From Setoptus koraiensis (lineage: Eukaryota; Animalia; Arthropoda): a stretch of 64,000 bases of DNA. The translations under genes and the position numbers were made by a program. Position 1 is the stretch's first letter; each line of letters opens with the position of its first letter. This document shows, one piece after another, positions 61,538-64,000 of the stretch. The stretch lies in contig CM106586.1 in NCBI GenBank assembly GCA_048013815.1, forward strand, positions 13,516,001 through 13,580,000, given 5' to 3'. The notes below the pieces were generated by a model. That model ran no database searches and was not told the DNA's origin. It worked only from the letters and a program-made list of their open reading frames with translations.

Positions 61538-64000
61538 GCAGCTCGGCAAGCTGGCTCTGGCGACAGAACGGGCCCCATTGACAGGGCAGTTAATCGAGGG
61601 CCACCGGGGGCCGGCGCATGCAAATTGGGCCAAAAAAGCGGCAGTGGCAGCAGCGGGCGAGTCGGGCGAGGAGTCACATCAGTGGAGCCAGTTGGAGCCG
61701 TTGGAGCCGTCGGAGCCGTCGGATCCGTCGGATCCGTCGGAGCCCGTGGAGCCATGTGATCGCTTGAACTCAGATGGGGCCGATAAGACAGATGGGCAGC
61801 TTGGCAGAAACGGCAGCATTAGTAGCGCCAGTAGCGCCTGCTGCGGCAGTAATCTGCAGTTAATGCCGCCCACGCCAACGCCGCCAACAAACAATTGTGC
61901 GTCGGCGGCACAGGCGGCGGCACAGGCGGCCGGCGCCTGCTGCAACGCTCACGCGCACCCTCAGCGCCCTCTCATAGTGTGGTCGCCGGCGCCTCGGCGC
62001 ACTTCCTGTCCCGTTGGGACGCATGTGAGCGCGTTCGCAAGCTGGCGTCAATTGTGGCCCGAATTGGGCACTCTAGTGAGCGGTGCGCCCATGGTGTGCG
62101 GCGGCCCAGCGGCGCCCGTGTCCGCGACAGCGCTCTCGGGTGGCGCTAATGAGTCATCGTCGTTGAATCGTTGTTTCGCCCAGTGCCCCAATTGTCACTA
62201 TTCGTTTGATTGGCGCCAACAGCAACAACAACAACATCGCAGCCAGCAGCAGCAGCATCAGGCCACAAGTCACCACGAGGACAACTCAATGATGACGCAA
62301 CAGGATGAATGCAAGCGACCGTCACTCACCTATAGTGATTATTCATCCTCTTTCGATGACAACACCAGCGCCAACGCCAGCTCTATGCTGTCCATGATCA
62401 ATCTGGCGACGCCTAGCTCGCTCAGTCTGAGCGCCAACGTGGCCACAATGTTTGGCAAGATCGCTGCCGCCAGCGCCACCACCGCCAACAACAACAACAA
62501 CAACAACAGCAGCAACAACAGCAACAACAACAACACCGCTGCCGCCGCTTGCTGTAACCGGTACCATCAGCGGAACAGCCAATCGTGCCTGTTTCGTTCT
62601 GGCGATCACCATCAATTGCGCCGCCAGAGCACCATCACCAATCAGCAGCACCGGCAGCAGCAGCCCTACCTGCGCAATAGGGCGCCCCGGTCGTCGTCGC
62701 TGTGCGCCATCACGGCCGGTCAGCTGCCCGGCACCAACAACAGCAACGGCAACAACAACAACAGCAACAACAGCGGCAACAACAGCGGCAACAACAATAA
62801 TAGCGGCAACAGCAACCACGACTACAGAAACGACGCTCATTATCAAGCGACGCACCAGACGAATCAGACGCAGCCGACGCTGGCCATAATGCGCCAGCAA
62901 CTCGACCAGCACCGCACAAACCCGACCAGTCCGCCCGGCACGCCCGTGCCCGGCTCGGACAACTCGTCGCGGGCCATATCGCCGCAATCGTGGTCGGCCT
63001 CGTCGACGCCCTCGCCCACAGTGGGCTCAATAAATGGCTCTATCGTGCTCAACGGCAACAACCGCCAACAACAACAACAACAGCAGCAGCAGCAGCTTAA
63101 TTTCTCCTCTAGCTCGCTGTCGAACAGCGCCAGAAAACAACAACAACAACAACAGCAACAACAGCGCACGTTGACAAACCACTCGGTCAGTCGATCCACG
63201 TATCACCACGTTGGCGGATACGCTCGTCATGTGGGCCCCGCACCGTCGTTGCCGGCACCGACAACGGTCAAAAACAGCAACCTCGTTATGTCCAATTCGT
63301 GGCATCAGCAGCAGTTCAGCATCAACGACGCCACAATGTCGCAACAACAACAACAGCAGCAACAGCAGCAGCAGCAATCGAACTATGCAAATGCGGCCCA
63401 AACGACGCTGGCCGAATCGCTCGAGTCGCAATTGTCGCTAGAGTACTCCGCGTCCAATATAAGCTCCAGCGGCTATCAATCGAGCGCCAGCGCAGCCATA
63501 GCGCACAGCAGCCGCACAGCGGCCGTTGTTGGAAACAAATTATTCAATAACAATTATGGCGGCCTATTTTGCAATCAGGCAACAACAACAACAACGAACA
63601 ACAAACATTTTGCCAGTGCCCTGGCGAACGGGCCCGGCCAACAGCCATTGTCCGGCGCCAGCCAATTAGACAGTGTTGGCTCGACGAGCAGCGGTGCCAC
63701 GAATTATCTGAAGCATCTGGCCCACTTTGTACCTCAGCAAGCTCAGTGCTACCAGCAGCAACAGCATCAATATAAATCTTTTCATCAGCAACAACAGCAC
63801 CAATTACTGTTTCAAGGTCGCGCATCGCTGGCGCTCAATAGCAACACCGCCGGCCTATCTGGCCTCAACCAGACGGGCGTGTATTATTTCTTTTGTTGTT
63901 GCTCGCCCCAACAACAACAGCAACAACAGCAACAACAGCAACAACAGCAACAACAGCAGCAGCAACAACAGCAGCAACAGCAGCAACAGCAGCAACAACA
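52560..64000 (+). CDS. Giant low-complexity (polyQ/N/T/S/D/A) protein, at least 3813 aa, 3' end beyond the window; no recognised domain
   Basis: I translated every line in the frame with codons starting at positions divisible by 3 and found no stop from 52425 (after TAG 52422) to 64000. First ATG is 52560; a possible phase-1 acceptor is at 52478-52479. The tandem repeats I noticed inside it have period 3, 6, 9 or a higher multiple of 3. Confidence 0.8.
63909..64000 (+). repeat. (CAA/CAG)n polyglutamine-coding tract running off the window
   Basis: Read directly; in frame with the giant ORF. Confidence 0.9.

Noticed and set aside
63453-63482. SNISSSGYQS motif, which I recall resembling a segment of arthropod SynGAP/nGAP-type RasGAPs
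   Set aside because: No PH, C2 or GAP domain occurs upstream in the ORF or window, and recollection of a short Ser-rich motif is insufficient; no name assigned.
45200-64000. Dozens of short ORFs rich in poly-Cys, poly-Leu, poly-Val or poly-Thr
   Set aside because: They are alternative-frame or antisense readings of CAA/CAG/ACA repeats; from 52.4 kb onward the single stop-free frame explains the sequence.
1-64000. tRNA, rRNA and spliceosomal snRNA genes
   Set aside because: The few GTTCGA-like T-loop hits (e.g. 27138, 42805) lack cloverleaf context, and I saw no U1/U2/U6 or rRNA signatures; a covariance-model scan would be needed to exclude them.
45200-64000. GC-rich right arm as bacterial or other contamination
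   Set aside because: It has the same CA/GA/CAA microsatellite style as 1-18 kb, spliceosomal-type signals, no operon-like ORFs, and codon style like the H1-like gene; it is more likely the same genome.

Overview
Eukaryotic nuclear DNA from an arthropod with a compact, intron-poor genome; a mite-like (possibly eriophyoid) origin is my inference. The window has three compartments. (1) 1-18.9 kb is microsatellite-rich and holds a 5-exon animal heme peroxidase and an intronless histone-H1-tail-like gene with an AT-hook but no globular domain. (2) About 19-45.1 kb is an AT-rich, tightly packed housekeeping cluster: SHMT, cactus/IkB, DNAJC5/CSP, a ZNF800-like zinc finger, MRE11, a 75-aa membrane microprotein, a clan-3-like P450, DDOST, TRAPPC1 and MEPCE. 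(3) 45.2-64 kb is GC- and CAA/CAG-rich. It contains a stop-free reading frame of at least 3,813 codons (ATG 52560 to the window edge) that the ORF track missed because it has no stop inside the window. Other highlights: MRE11 natively differs at two positions where human changes cause ATLD (W243-equivalent is Arg, W210-equivalent is Ser); SHMT has an AUG-less in-frame extension resembling a mitochondrial presequence; and two diverged, inverted copies of a hairpin-capped ~350-bp element lie 25 kb apart. I found no CRISPR array, rRNA or tRNA. All translations, alignments and counts were done by hand.
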